Assembly (NCBI GenBank): GCA_004431415.1
Contig: QPMI01000011.1
Location: 1-64,000 of the forward strand
Source: Cyanophora paradoxa CCMP329
Lineage: Eukaryota > Plantae > Glaucophyta
Reading direction: 5' to 3'
DNA: 64,000 bases
This document shows positions 10,481-19,997 of the stretch, in pieces; the first letter of the stretch is position 1; the number at the start of each line of letters is the position of its first letter. The notes below the pieces were generated by a model, which worked only from the letters and a program-made list of their open reading frames with translations, was not told the origin of the DNA and ran no database searches. The translations under genes were made by a program, and so were the position numbers.

Positions 10481-13400
10481 ATGAGCTTCAATTACCCACC
10501 AAATCTAGAAACCATTCAAGATGATAATGCAAGCAGCACCAAGCATGTGAACTTTGATAATATTAAAGTAAAGGGTTCAGTTTCAATTGACCACAGCTCT
10601 GATAATTCATCAAAGACTCAATCAAGGGAGCATGCTTTATCTGTGAATCAAACCGATCCAGATAAAGAGGATGTCAGTGTAGCCTTTAGTTTGGGTAATG
10701 TGAAAGCAAACCAAGTGGCAGAGATCAAAGCAACAAGAAGGAGACCTAGGAAACTAAAAACCAGTGGCACTCACCCAGATATACCTTCCAGGTTCGATAG
10801 TGGTCGATTGATTTTCAATGTTCAAGATGAGCAGGGCAAACAGAACACAGCTTTGCGAATTTACAATGAGGGCAGCACTGCAAAAGCTGAGGTCCCCCAA
10901 GTATTGCAAGTGGGTCCCATTGCCAATACAAATCAGGTCTCCTACACAAATGATGTCTACCCCAAGGATATTACATATGACTTTGCAAGAAATGAGCCTT
11001 TTGGTTTCTTTACTCCAAAAGATGTCCATCAAAAAAAGCCATCAATTACAATCAACAGTAGCCCAGTCAACCAGTAGCAATCCATTTACATCCTGATTTA
11101 GTCGAAATGGATAGGCACCTTTTGCCTTTGTATAGCAATGTGAAAGACCTTGGAATTAGAACCAGGCAATGGCGAAATATCCATGGCAGCAATGTGTATG
11201 CAAATGGGGAGAAACTTGTGAGTGAGAAAACTCTAAGGGAAATAATTGAGCATTATGGTCCCAATGGACCAACAGTCCCATTCCCTATTCCATTTCCAAA
11301 TGGACCTCCCGATTTAACACCAAAGAAACAGCCTGGAAGAGAATACACAGCAACTGAAGATGTAGCCTTTGGGCAGCATATTGTTAGTTGGGAGCAAGTT
11401 CGCAATAAACCTATAATTGAACCCAGAAAGCAAATAGATGAGCAGTATTTACCTCCTGAAGTCGATATATTAGAGCTTGATGAATATCAATTCGTTCCAG
11501 ATGAGGAAGAATATTTACCAGATGGTTTTGACCCACAAGAATATGAATATGATCAGTTTGACCCCAATGAGGAGGAGATACTACCAGATGGCTTAGATCC
11601 CCAAGAGTTTGAGTATGAGCAGAACTATGAACCTGATGAGGAGTATTTGCCAGATGGGCATGATCCACCAGCTGTTGATTATGAGCAACCTTATGAACCC
11701 ATGAGGAATTATTACCAGATGGATTTCGACCTGAGATCTGGGAGTTCTTTCCTGATTATGAACAAATTAATAATAAACCTGCAAAGTATCCCCAGAGGAT
11801 CACAATCATGATTGGGATGAGATCTTAGGCAAACCTCAGAAGTATCCACCAGAAGATCACAGGCATGATTGGGGTGAAATTGATGGGATTCCAACTGAGT
11901 TCCACCAAGCAAACATGAACATATTTGGGATGAGATCAATGACCAACCAGAATTCGCAAAGGTGGAGCCTCTTGATAACTTGGGGTTTCTCTTTACCAGA
12001 CTTGTAATATCCCTGAAAGAATCTTTTTGAATGAACACTATGTACATGTGAATGGGACACTTGCAAATTCAGCTATGAGAGGACCACTTCATATTAGGAC
12101 ATTACCAGGCTCTTTTGAAACCCCACCACCACCAGGAGCAACCATACCAAATATCTTTGTGTCAAGCTACATGGAGGCTGACATTCCCACAGATACATTC
12201 AGAGTCCCAACAGACCAGCAACCTACCAAAATTACAACTCTGCTATACAGGTTCATGTAGCAGATGTAAGCAGCTTAGATGGCTCAAGACCAATGATAGT
12301 TTTCAGTCGAGATAAGTATTCCTACATTCCCATAGTGGGAACTGCAAATGATAATTATGGAAGGGCAGAGCTTGCATGGATTAAAACAGATTATGGTGGG
12401 GTTCTGGAAGCCAATCAAAGAATGGCTGCAAAAAACATACACAATGAGAGCATTTCGAGAGTAGTCACAGAGGATTACCTTCAAGCTCAGAACTACATAG
12501 ATGAAACAGAACTAAATACAATCATTGCAGGTATAGGTATTGGTGTTACAGGCAATTACCTCCCTCTCACAGGTGGGACTATTGATGGAACAGTAACAGC
12601 ATGTAACTTCTTTGTCCATACTGAAAGCAATCAAACCTTTCCTGTGGTTCATCCAGGAGGTGAGTATGAGATCCCAGATGATCCAGCTATTATGCCCATT
12701 AAGATTGACCTACCTTCTGATTATGTTGGAAGGGGTGAACTGAAAACGATCTCTTTCACAGGAGATTATAATGATCTCCTCAATAAACCCACCCCATCCA
12801 ATTTACACCCTGTTGCATACTCAGGTAGTTTCCTTGATCTGAATAATAGATCACACACCCACACAAAGGCAGAAATTATAGATTTTGCACACACTCACAC
12901 CAAATCCCAGATAACAGATTTTGCTCACTTCCACACCAGAGCAGATATTACGAATTTCGCTCACACTCATGTTAAATCTGAGATCTTAGATCTCGGAAAT
13001 GTTGCATATGTTGGTCACACCCATACCAAGGCAGAGATTACAGATCTTGGAAATGTTGCATATGTAGGTCACACCCACACTAAGGCAGAGATTACAGATT
13101 TTGCACATACTCATGATTGGAATACAGATATTTATAACAAACCAGCGATTTTCTCGGGCAACTACAATGATCTGACAAATAAACCCACCCTTGATCCCTT
13201 TACAGCAAATAATATCACTGCAAATGCAAACCTTCTCATTGGATCAGGTTACTTTCTCGATTATGACCCATATATTATGCCTGATCCTCCTGTTATTTGG
13301 AATTTCCACAATTCAACCCTTTCTACTAACTCTATATCTTACTATCAGGATAAAACCCTACTTGTTCGTGGAAATGCATATGCAAGAGAAATGTGGGTCA

Positions 13401-13755
13401 TGGATCCTCGGGACAATTCAAAGGTTACTAAGCTGGCTCCTCAATACATGCTTGATAACCTGATTAGAAAAGGGAGACATGAAATGACAATTGCAAATCC
13501 TCAAATTGGGGCAGTTCAGCAAGGCAAAACCATACCATTACATTAAATTGGAGTCCTGCCTTTGCATCTGCTCCATCTGTTGTTGTAACATTGCAGGGAC
13601 TACCTGCAACAAATGTGGAAATCGATTATAAAATAGGAATATCAAGCAACTCAACAACCTCTACCACAATCAATCTTGTTATTTGGGCAGCAGGATGGGT
13701 AACCATTCAACCACAGTGGCTTCAAATTGCAATTCATTGGATAGCAACAGCATAA
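10481..13755 (+). CDS. Long fibre/spike-like protein with acidic repeats, HxH tail-fibre repeats and a possible lectin-like tip, frameshifted
   Basis: Consecutive ORFs 10481-11077, 11107-11811, 12027-12260 and 12293-13546 plus a tail to 13755. Repeats EEYLPDG(F/L/H)DP, W..I..KP, YNDL.NKP and about 7 HTHTKAEITD-like units. Confidence 0.7.
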
Positions 13756-13780
13756 TTAAGATTCTCACACTATTACAAAG

Positions 13781-14848
13781 ATGACCTCTCTATTAGAAAT
13801 CCCAAATTATGAACTTGCAGCCAAATCACTCCATAGCACCTCTCATGGAGTAGTTGATTCAACACCTGGGTATATTTGCACTGAAACTTCAAGTAATACC
13901 TCTTTCACAGAGAATAATATACTCAGAGTCAAAGAGATTAGATGTGATCGAAATGGAGGCAAGATTAGAACCACAGGCATTATAATCTCGAATAAAAATC
14001 AAGTCCAATCAGGTCAGGTAGTCCCGGATTCAGCAATATATGATAATGTGGGTGGAGTCACCACAGCACAGATAGTGACTTTTGGGAACACAAGCAATAA
14101 TTCCGCTCTTGTAGTCAAGAGTGGAGGAGCCTACATTGGAGATGGAGCAAATGTAGCAGGAACTGTCACAGCAAATCAACTATCTGTGAGTGGGACAAGT
14201 AGTTTTGGTGGGTATATGAATCTCAATGGTGGGCTTTCAGGGAATATTCAGTATGGAACACTCACGCTTTCCACAAGAATAAACACACCTGAGATTGACA
14301 ACATGAGTGACACAGTCATGAATTACAAGAGGAATGGGGACACCATCTTTTCTCTTCAAAAAACAACTCAAATAGATAACACAACTGTTCAACATCTGAC
14401 ACTTCCGACAAGCAAATATCTCAAATTAAGTAGCCATCCTCGTTTCTTTGCAACAAAACAGCAACCAAATGGGTCAATAACTGCAACAATTTCCTCAATA
14501 AATATATATCCAACAACAGGAGTCATAGTGAACCAAGGAAATCATTTCGATCCTGCGACAGGGCTTTTTACTGCCCCTGTTACAGGAAACTATCTTGTCA
14601 CATTTAGTGGATCCTGTTATTGGACTGGAAGAACAACTAATATTGTTACATTTTTACAGAAAAACGGAAGCTCATCTGGAATTGAAGTTAATACTAATTA
14701 TGCATCTGCATATGCAAACAATGGGTTCGAAATTATTGTAGACCTTCAAGCCAATGATTCCATCAGAATATCATATAATAGCAGTGGTGGAGGTTCTATA
14801 TATTATAATATCAGATGGTTCTTTGGATGTATGCTTGTCCATTCATAA
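13781..14848 (+). CDS. Fibre protein A with shared N-terminal domain and C1q-like head
   Basis: HPRFFAT...VNQGNHFDPATGLFTAPVTGNYLVTFS...IVDLQANDSI...WFFGCML is a C1q/TNF-like signature. Confidence 0.85.
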   Translation: MTSLLEIPNYELAAKSLHSTSHGVVDSTPGYICTETSSNTSFTENNILRVKEIRCDRNGGKIRTTGIIISNKNQVQSGQVVPDSAIYDNVGGVTTAQIVTFGNTSNNSALVVKSGGAYIGDGANVAGTVTANQLSVSGTSSFGGYMNLNGGLSGNIQYGTLTLSTRINTPEIDNMSDTVMNYKRNGDTIFSLQKTTQIDNTTVQHLTLPTSKYLKLSSHPRFFATKQQPNGSITATISSINIYPTTGVIVNQGNHFDPATGLFTAPVTGNYLVTFSGSCYWTGRTTNIVTFLQKNGSSSGIEVNTNYASAYANNGFEIIVDLQANDSIRISYNSSGGGSIYYNIRWFFGCMLVHS

Positions 14849-14870
14849 TATTGTCTACATAATATAAAGA

Positions 14871-15889
14871 ATGTCTACACAAATAGCAGTTCCTGTTTTC
14901 TGTTATGCTGCCCCGAAATTACATCAACTCAATCACACAGTAACAGATGCAACCCCTGGGTTTATTTGCACTGAAACAACAGGAGCCGATTCGTTTTCTC
15001 AAAACTCTGTGATCAGATGCAAAGAAATTCGATGTGATCGCAATGGGGGCAAGGTGAGAACCACAGGTTTAATAGTTTCAAACAAGAACCAAGTTCAATC
15101 AGGTCAGATAGTCTCAGATTCCACAATATATGATGATGTAGGAGGGTTCACCACACCCAAAATAGTAACATTTAACAATACAATCAATAACTCTGCTCTT
15201 GTTGTGAGAAGTGGAGGAGCTTACATTGGAGATGGGCAAGGGTTGATGGAACCCTAACAGCAAATCAGGTAAGTATTACAGGAACAAGCACCTTTACAGG
15301 ATTGGTAACAGCAAATGCTGGTATTTCACTACCAATTGCCTCACAATCCATAATCACAGCAACAAACAAGGTTGTCACACCAGAAATCGATACAGGAGCC
15401 AATGTAGACCTTCTTCTCAAACGAAATAGTAACACTGTCGCTACTCTGGAAGCGAATAGTTTGACAGTTAATACAGGGTGTTATCTCAAAACATCACATC
15501 CACGATTTTCAGTTCAACTTGGCTACAATCACACTGCTACAACTTCTGCTGATCTAATAAACTGGGCAACAGTTCGAGTAAACAATACCAATTCATTCAG
15601 CACATCAACTGGAAGGTTCACAGCACCTGTTGCAGGACACTATCGTTTTTCAGTATTCACTTCTTCAACCACAACTTCTGCTATTGAATTGTTTCTCAGG
15701 GTAAACAATGCAGATCCAGGGGGATTGAGCATTTCCCAAGTTCACAATCTGTCAACAACAAATAAAGCGCTGTGTTTCTCTTGCATTCTCAATCTTGCCC
15801 AAAACGAATTTGTTACACTTGTTACAAATTCAGTCGGTTCATATGCAAGTCAAACAGCCTTCTCAGGTGAATTAATAAGCATCGTTTAA
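14871..15889 (+). CDS. Fibre protein B, paralog of A with C1q-like head, one frameshift near 15240-15300
   Basis: N-terminus highly similar to fibre A (ICTET...KEIRCDRNGGK.RTTG...SNKNQVQSGQ). C-terminal NNTNSFSTSTGRFTAPVAGHYRFS...LAQNEFV...FSGELI. Confidence 0.82.
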
Positions 15890-15911
15890 TTTTCTTATGG
15901 TAGTTTAGGAA

Positions 15912-16178
15912 ATGTCGAATATTTACCAAGTGGTTCTATCTGATATTGAGAAGTTGGGAATGGAATTTTGTGCTGCTTCTGTTCAGGATTGGATCGATAA
16001 TGCTGCCCATAACAGAGCAAGAATTGCAATTGATGAGATTGTTCAGAAAGAAATCCATTCTTGCATCTCAGGTGGAGTTCAAATACCAACCTCAAAGGAA
16101 GCGATTGTATTACAGGCATTCCAAAGGGGAACTGTGAAGAAAGCAATTGAGTATAACAATGTCACAGAAGAGCTGTGA
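15912..16178 (+). CDS. Small protein following the C1q fibres; possible fibre assembly partner
   Basis: 88 aa containing VQDWIDNAAHNRARIAIDEIV. From memory it resembles small ORFs next to C1q-domain genes in marine tailed phages; not verified. Confidence 0.6.
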   Translation: MSNIYQVVLSDIEKLGMEFCAASVQDWIDNAAHNRARIAIDEIVQKEIHSCISGGVQIPTSKEAIVLQAFQRGTVKKAIEYNNVTEEL

Positions 16179-16213
16179 ACATTATTTTTCTTTCCTTCTT
16201 AGTAAAAGAAGCA

Positions 16214-17059
16214 ATGGGTGAATATAATCGAGTTCAACTTCCAATATATTCCCTTGGATCCCCTGCAATGCACTTTCGCCAGCATGAAGTTAATGATGAG
16301 GTTCGTGGTTTAGAATCCACAGAGAGACCCAATTCCAATGGTAACTCCTTTGATAAAAATTCGATTATTCGAGTTAAAGAGCTGAGAGCTGATAAGAATT
16401 CAGGTGTGGTTAAAACAACTCGACTTCTTGTCACAAATGCTAACTTTTTCCAGCCTACAAATGGAGGTCCTGATGCTTACAGTGTTGATCTGAAAGCCCT
16501 GGATTTCGATAAGAATTCTGCAGCTGTTACTGTGAGATCAGGAGGAGCATTTATTGGGGGTGGCTGCAGAGTTTCAGGTCAACTCTCATCCTCAATTTCG
16601 TATAATGATGTCCCAGATACTCTTGAACAAAATGTTGAAGACCCCCAACGAATTCGATTATATATACCAGTTGCACAACAGCCACTTATTCAATTTTACC
16701 AAGGTTATACTGTCACACTTGAAAACTCTGAATTGATTGAAGGAACCAAAAGAGTAATGAGAGGGCTGGTCATTCCTTCTGCAATGCTTTCTTTATGTAG
16801 AGCCAACAATAACCAGCCAGGTCACAGATACAATTTCAGTGTTCAAGGATATGATCATTTCGGCACAGGGTTCTGTGTTTATAATAACAATTTCACCTAT
16901 GATCTGTTTGTTACAGATATTGGAAAATATACAATTACAGTTATGGGTATCAGAACAGATATAGCTGCTGTCTCAGCTCTTAGAGGTGTTACTCCTGATA
17001 CTCTTTCTCAAACAGGGTTTTACATGGAGCCAGATGTGATTGATGAACCCACCCCATAA
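16214..17059 (+). CDS. Fibre protein C with shared N-terminal domain and non-C1q head
   Basis: IIRVKELRADKNSGVVKTTRLLVTNANF...VRSGGAFIGGG is homologous to the A/B N-termini. C-terminal YNFSVQGYDHFG...YTITVMGIRTD. Confidence 0.75.
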   Translation: MGEYNRVQLPIYSLGSPAMHFRQHEVNDEVRGLESTERPNSNGNSFDKNSIIRVKELRADKNSGVVKTTRLLVTNANFFQPTNGGPDAYSVDLKALDFDKNSAAVTVRSGGAFIGGGCRVSGQLSSSISYNDVPDTLEQNVEDPQRIRLYIPVAQQPLIQFYQGYTVTLENSELIEGTKRVMRGLVIPSAMLSLCRANNNQPGHRYNFSVQGYDHFGTGFCVYNNNFTYDLFVTDIGKYTITVMGIRTDIAAVSALRGVTPDTLSQTGFYMEPDVIDEPTP

Positions 17060-17082
17060 AAGATATATCCCTTTAATGTAAA

Positions 17083-17912
17083 ATGGCTGAGCAACCCCCA
17101 CTTGAACGAATTATTACACCACAGCTATCATTAGCTGCCCCAGCAAACCATGTTCTGCAGCATGCTACCTTTGATGATGTGGAAGGTCTCCAATCAACAG
17201 AGGTCCAACCTACAATGAACACCTTTGGTTCCACCCACAAACTGAGATTACAGGAACTCAGGTGTGATAAAAATAATGGAATAGTTAAGACAACTAAGCT
17301 ACTTGTCACAAATGCAAACTTTTCTGCTCATTATGGAGACCCAGATAGCTATGGAGATCCTCTGTCTACTTATTCTTTTGAATCTAGGTCGGGAGCTATT
17401 AACTGCAAATCGGGGGAGCTTATATTGGTGATGGTCTTAGGGTTGGTGGGCTGTTGGAGCGCCTTTATTTGTGAATGATCAACCCAATCCCATTGATCCA
17501 ATACAAGAATTCGAACCTATGTCCCCAGCATGAATGCCCATACATTATAAAGATATTCCCCATTGTTGTAAATGAACAAACAGCAGTAGTAGACTCCCTT
17601 GTTGAAATTGGTGACCACTACAAGGTAGTTGTGGATATCCCACCAGATGTATATGCTGTATGTCAAGTAGAGGGTGGAACTCCTAATTTTGCAGTTGTGA
17701 TCACCCCATATGATAATTTTGGTATTGCTTATCATGGAGTCAATTTCGGTTTGGAAGACTATCAGTTTCTGGTGAGAGCCACCAAGTTTGGTATCTACAA
17801 GTGTGTATTATATGCTGAGAGAACCGATTTTATTGCAAAGCAGAATACCTATGCTGAATACTATGGCACAAATCGATATTTCCCCATTTTTGGGCAGGAT
17901 ACTGCTCCATAA
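17083..17912 (+). CDS. Fibre protein D, paralog of C, frameshifted
   Basis: LRLQELRCDKNNGIVKTTKLLVTNANF. C-terminal NFAVVITPYDNFG...YKCVLYAERTD parallels fibre C. Split into 17083-17478 and 17475-17912. Confidence 0.72.
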
Positions 17913-17934
17913 GAATATTGGGTATATATAGAGT

Positions 17935-18207
17935 ATGGATACTAAAACAAAAAAGTTTATTGATGCTGCTATGACAGTTCATGGTAAAGATAAATTCGAT
18001 TACAGTGAGACACATTACATCAAAGCTCAAGAGAAAGTATCTGTTAGATGTTTGCAGTGTAATAAGGTGATCCTTACCTATCCCTTTAATCATGTGAAGG
18101 GATCAGGGTGCAGGGACTGTAATAAAAGAAAAAGTCAAGCTCACAGGAAAAGAGCTACTTCATCAATCAGAGTAGAGTATAGGGATATTTGCATTAGGTT
18201 TGACTAG
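17935..18207 (+). CDS. Stand-alone zinc-ribbon protein of the type repeated in viral homing/restriction-like endonucleases (DUF723/CapR-like)
   Basis: KFIDAAMTVHGKDKFDYSETHY...VRCLQC...NHVKGSGCRDC matches the FI..A..VHG.KYDYS...C...H..G.GC..C pattern; no nuclease domain is attached. Confidence 0.7.
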   Translation: MDTKTKKFIDAAMTVHGKDKFDYSETHYIKAQEKVSVRCLQCNKVILTYPFNHVKGSGCRDCNKRKSQAHRKRATSSIRVEYRDICIRFD

Positions 18208-18230
18208 TTAATTTTTCTAAGGTATTCTTA

Positions 18231-18629
18231 ATGGAGACTAAATACAGAGGCTTTCATGTTATGCTTGATTACAAGGCTAAATCAGCTATAGCAACAGGTT
18301 ATGAGCATGTTAGCTTCCTAGGTAATTGGATTATGGGAACCCTTGAACAAGCAGTATTAAGACAAGGCATTAGGATTGTTCATAAACACTGTGAGATATT
18401 TGATGGCAAACTATCACCTCCTGGTTTTGCATTGGTTTTGCTATTAGATGAAAGCCATTGCACAGCTCATTGTTATTCCAATGAAGGCATGTTAGCAATT
18501 GATATATTCAGTTGTGGTAAAGAAGCTCAGCATAAAACACAATCAGTTGCAGATGAGATCGATAAAACAATGAATTTCCTCACATTTGAGAAGACTGAGA
18601 GACATAAACATGATAGATTCCCGTTTTGA
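18231..18629 (+). CDS. speD: Prokaryotic-type pyruvoyl-dependent S-adenosylmethionine decarboxylase proenzyme (SpeD/SpeH family)
   Basis: 132 aa with G.HVMLD, F...PPGFALVLLLDESHCTAHCY (E|SH self-cleavage site) and AIDIFSCG (catalytic Cys). Confidence 0.9.
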   Translation: METKYRGFHVMLDYKAKSAIATGYEHVSFLGNWIMGTLEQAVLRQGIRIVHKHCEIFDGKLSPPGFALVLLLDESHCTAHCYSNEGMLAIDIFSCGKEAQHKTQSVADEIDKTMNFLTFEKTERHKHDRFPF

Positions 18630-18889
18630 TGAGTTTCTTTCCTTTGTTTTCTAACAATAACATTGATCAGCTACTGTAACAAAAAGATATAATATATCCT
18701 TTTCCTACAGTAGCTTTCTACAATGATTATTTTCCGGATTCCGGTCATTTGTTACAATAGAATTCTACTGTATGATGTAGCCTAAATATGACTACACCTT
18801 AGACTTGCATATGTTAAATTTCGAATACTATTCGATTTCTTTACACTAAACCCTCAGCATCTGCCCTAGATTCCCCCCATTACCCTATT

Positions 18890-19610
18890 ATTTAAGTGGA
18901 CTCAAGGTTGACTCATATTAATCGTAAAAGTAGTAAAAGTATATGGATTTTGTTACGAATTCAATGCAAGGGTTGACTAAGTGGGTTGAGTTGACTCAAA
19001 TTTCACAGGAAATATTTGGGACCTAAAGTTTTCTAAAAAGGATTTGAAAAAATGTGTCAACTCCCCCCACTTAGTCAACCCTGACCATAAACAGTAAGGA
19101 TTTGAGCTAACAAGTATCACAAAGTGAACATTTTGAGTCCACTTAGAAGATCCACCTAACAATTTAGAGTCAAATTTACTTGGGAATTCGATTTGTATGA
19201 AAAAGTGAGTCCACCCTGACCATATTCAATAAGCATTCCTCTTAATCCCCTTGTTTATATTTACATTGATTAATATTTAATACTAAGTGGACTCATGGTT
19301 GATTCATATTAATCGTAAAAGGAGTAAATGTATATAAAAATGTGACCATTTCAATGCTAAGGTTGACTAAGTGGGTTGAGTTGACTCAAATTTCAGAGGA
19401 AATTTTGAGATCCAAAGAATATTCTATAAAAGATTTTGAAAAATGTGTCAACTCCCCCACTTAGTCAACCCTGACCATATACAGTAAGCATTAGAACTTA
19501 AATGTATCACAAAGTGAACATTATGAGTCCACTTAGAAGATCCACTTTTGAAATATAAGTTGATTTTGCTTGAAATTTCAAAGTTGATCTAAAAGTGAGT
19601 CCACCCTGAT
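18890..19610. repeat. Degenerate tandem repeat, 390-bp period, about 2 copies, each with an internal inverted repeat
   Basis: GGTTGACTAAGTGGG at 18971 and 19361; its reverse complement CCCACTTAGTCAACC at 19066 and 19456. Shared TATCACAAAGTGAACATT..GAGTCCACTTAGAAGATCCAC and AAAGTGAGTCCACCCTGA blocks. Confidence 0.92.
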
Positions 19611-19770
19611 TGATTATGGTAACAAAGTTGACTAAGTTGACTAAGTTGAGTCATCTTAAGAAATTCAAGAAGACTAAGAGTTCAAAATGTTTATGAAAAG
19701 TGAGTCAACTTAGACCACTTATGGTAACAAAGTTAAATATTTAATTGATTTAATCGGAAAAGAACATGAT

Positions 19771-19996
19771 TTAATCGAATTTATTGATATAATTCCGATT
19801 AGATTCATTTAGGATTCAATTAAGATTAATCGAAGTTATAGATATAATTCCGATTAACTACAATTAAGATACAATATCGATTAATCGAGTTTATCGATAT
19901 AACATCGATTAAATTAATTGAAAATGCATTTAAAAATATGAAAATTCATGTGAAAATTCAAATAAATTAATCGATTTTATTGATATAACATCGAAT
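19771..19996. repeat. Four subterminal 30-bp quasi-palindromic repeats
   Basis: TTAATCGA..TTAT.GATATAA...CGA.T at 19771, 19826, 19881 and 19967. Confidence 0.88.
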
Positions 19997-19997
19997 C

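Noticed and set aside
18890-19996. CRISPR array
   Set aside because: Repeats are degenerate, spacers are related to each other or irregular, there are no cas genes, and the context is a eukaryotic virus.
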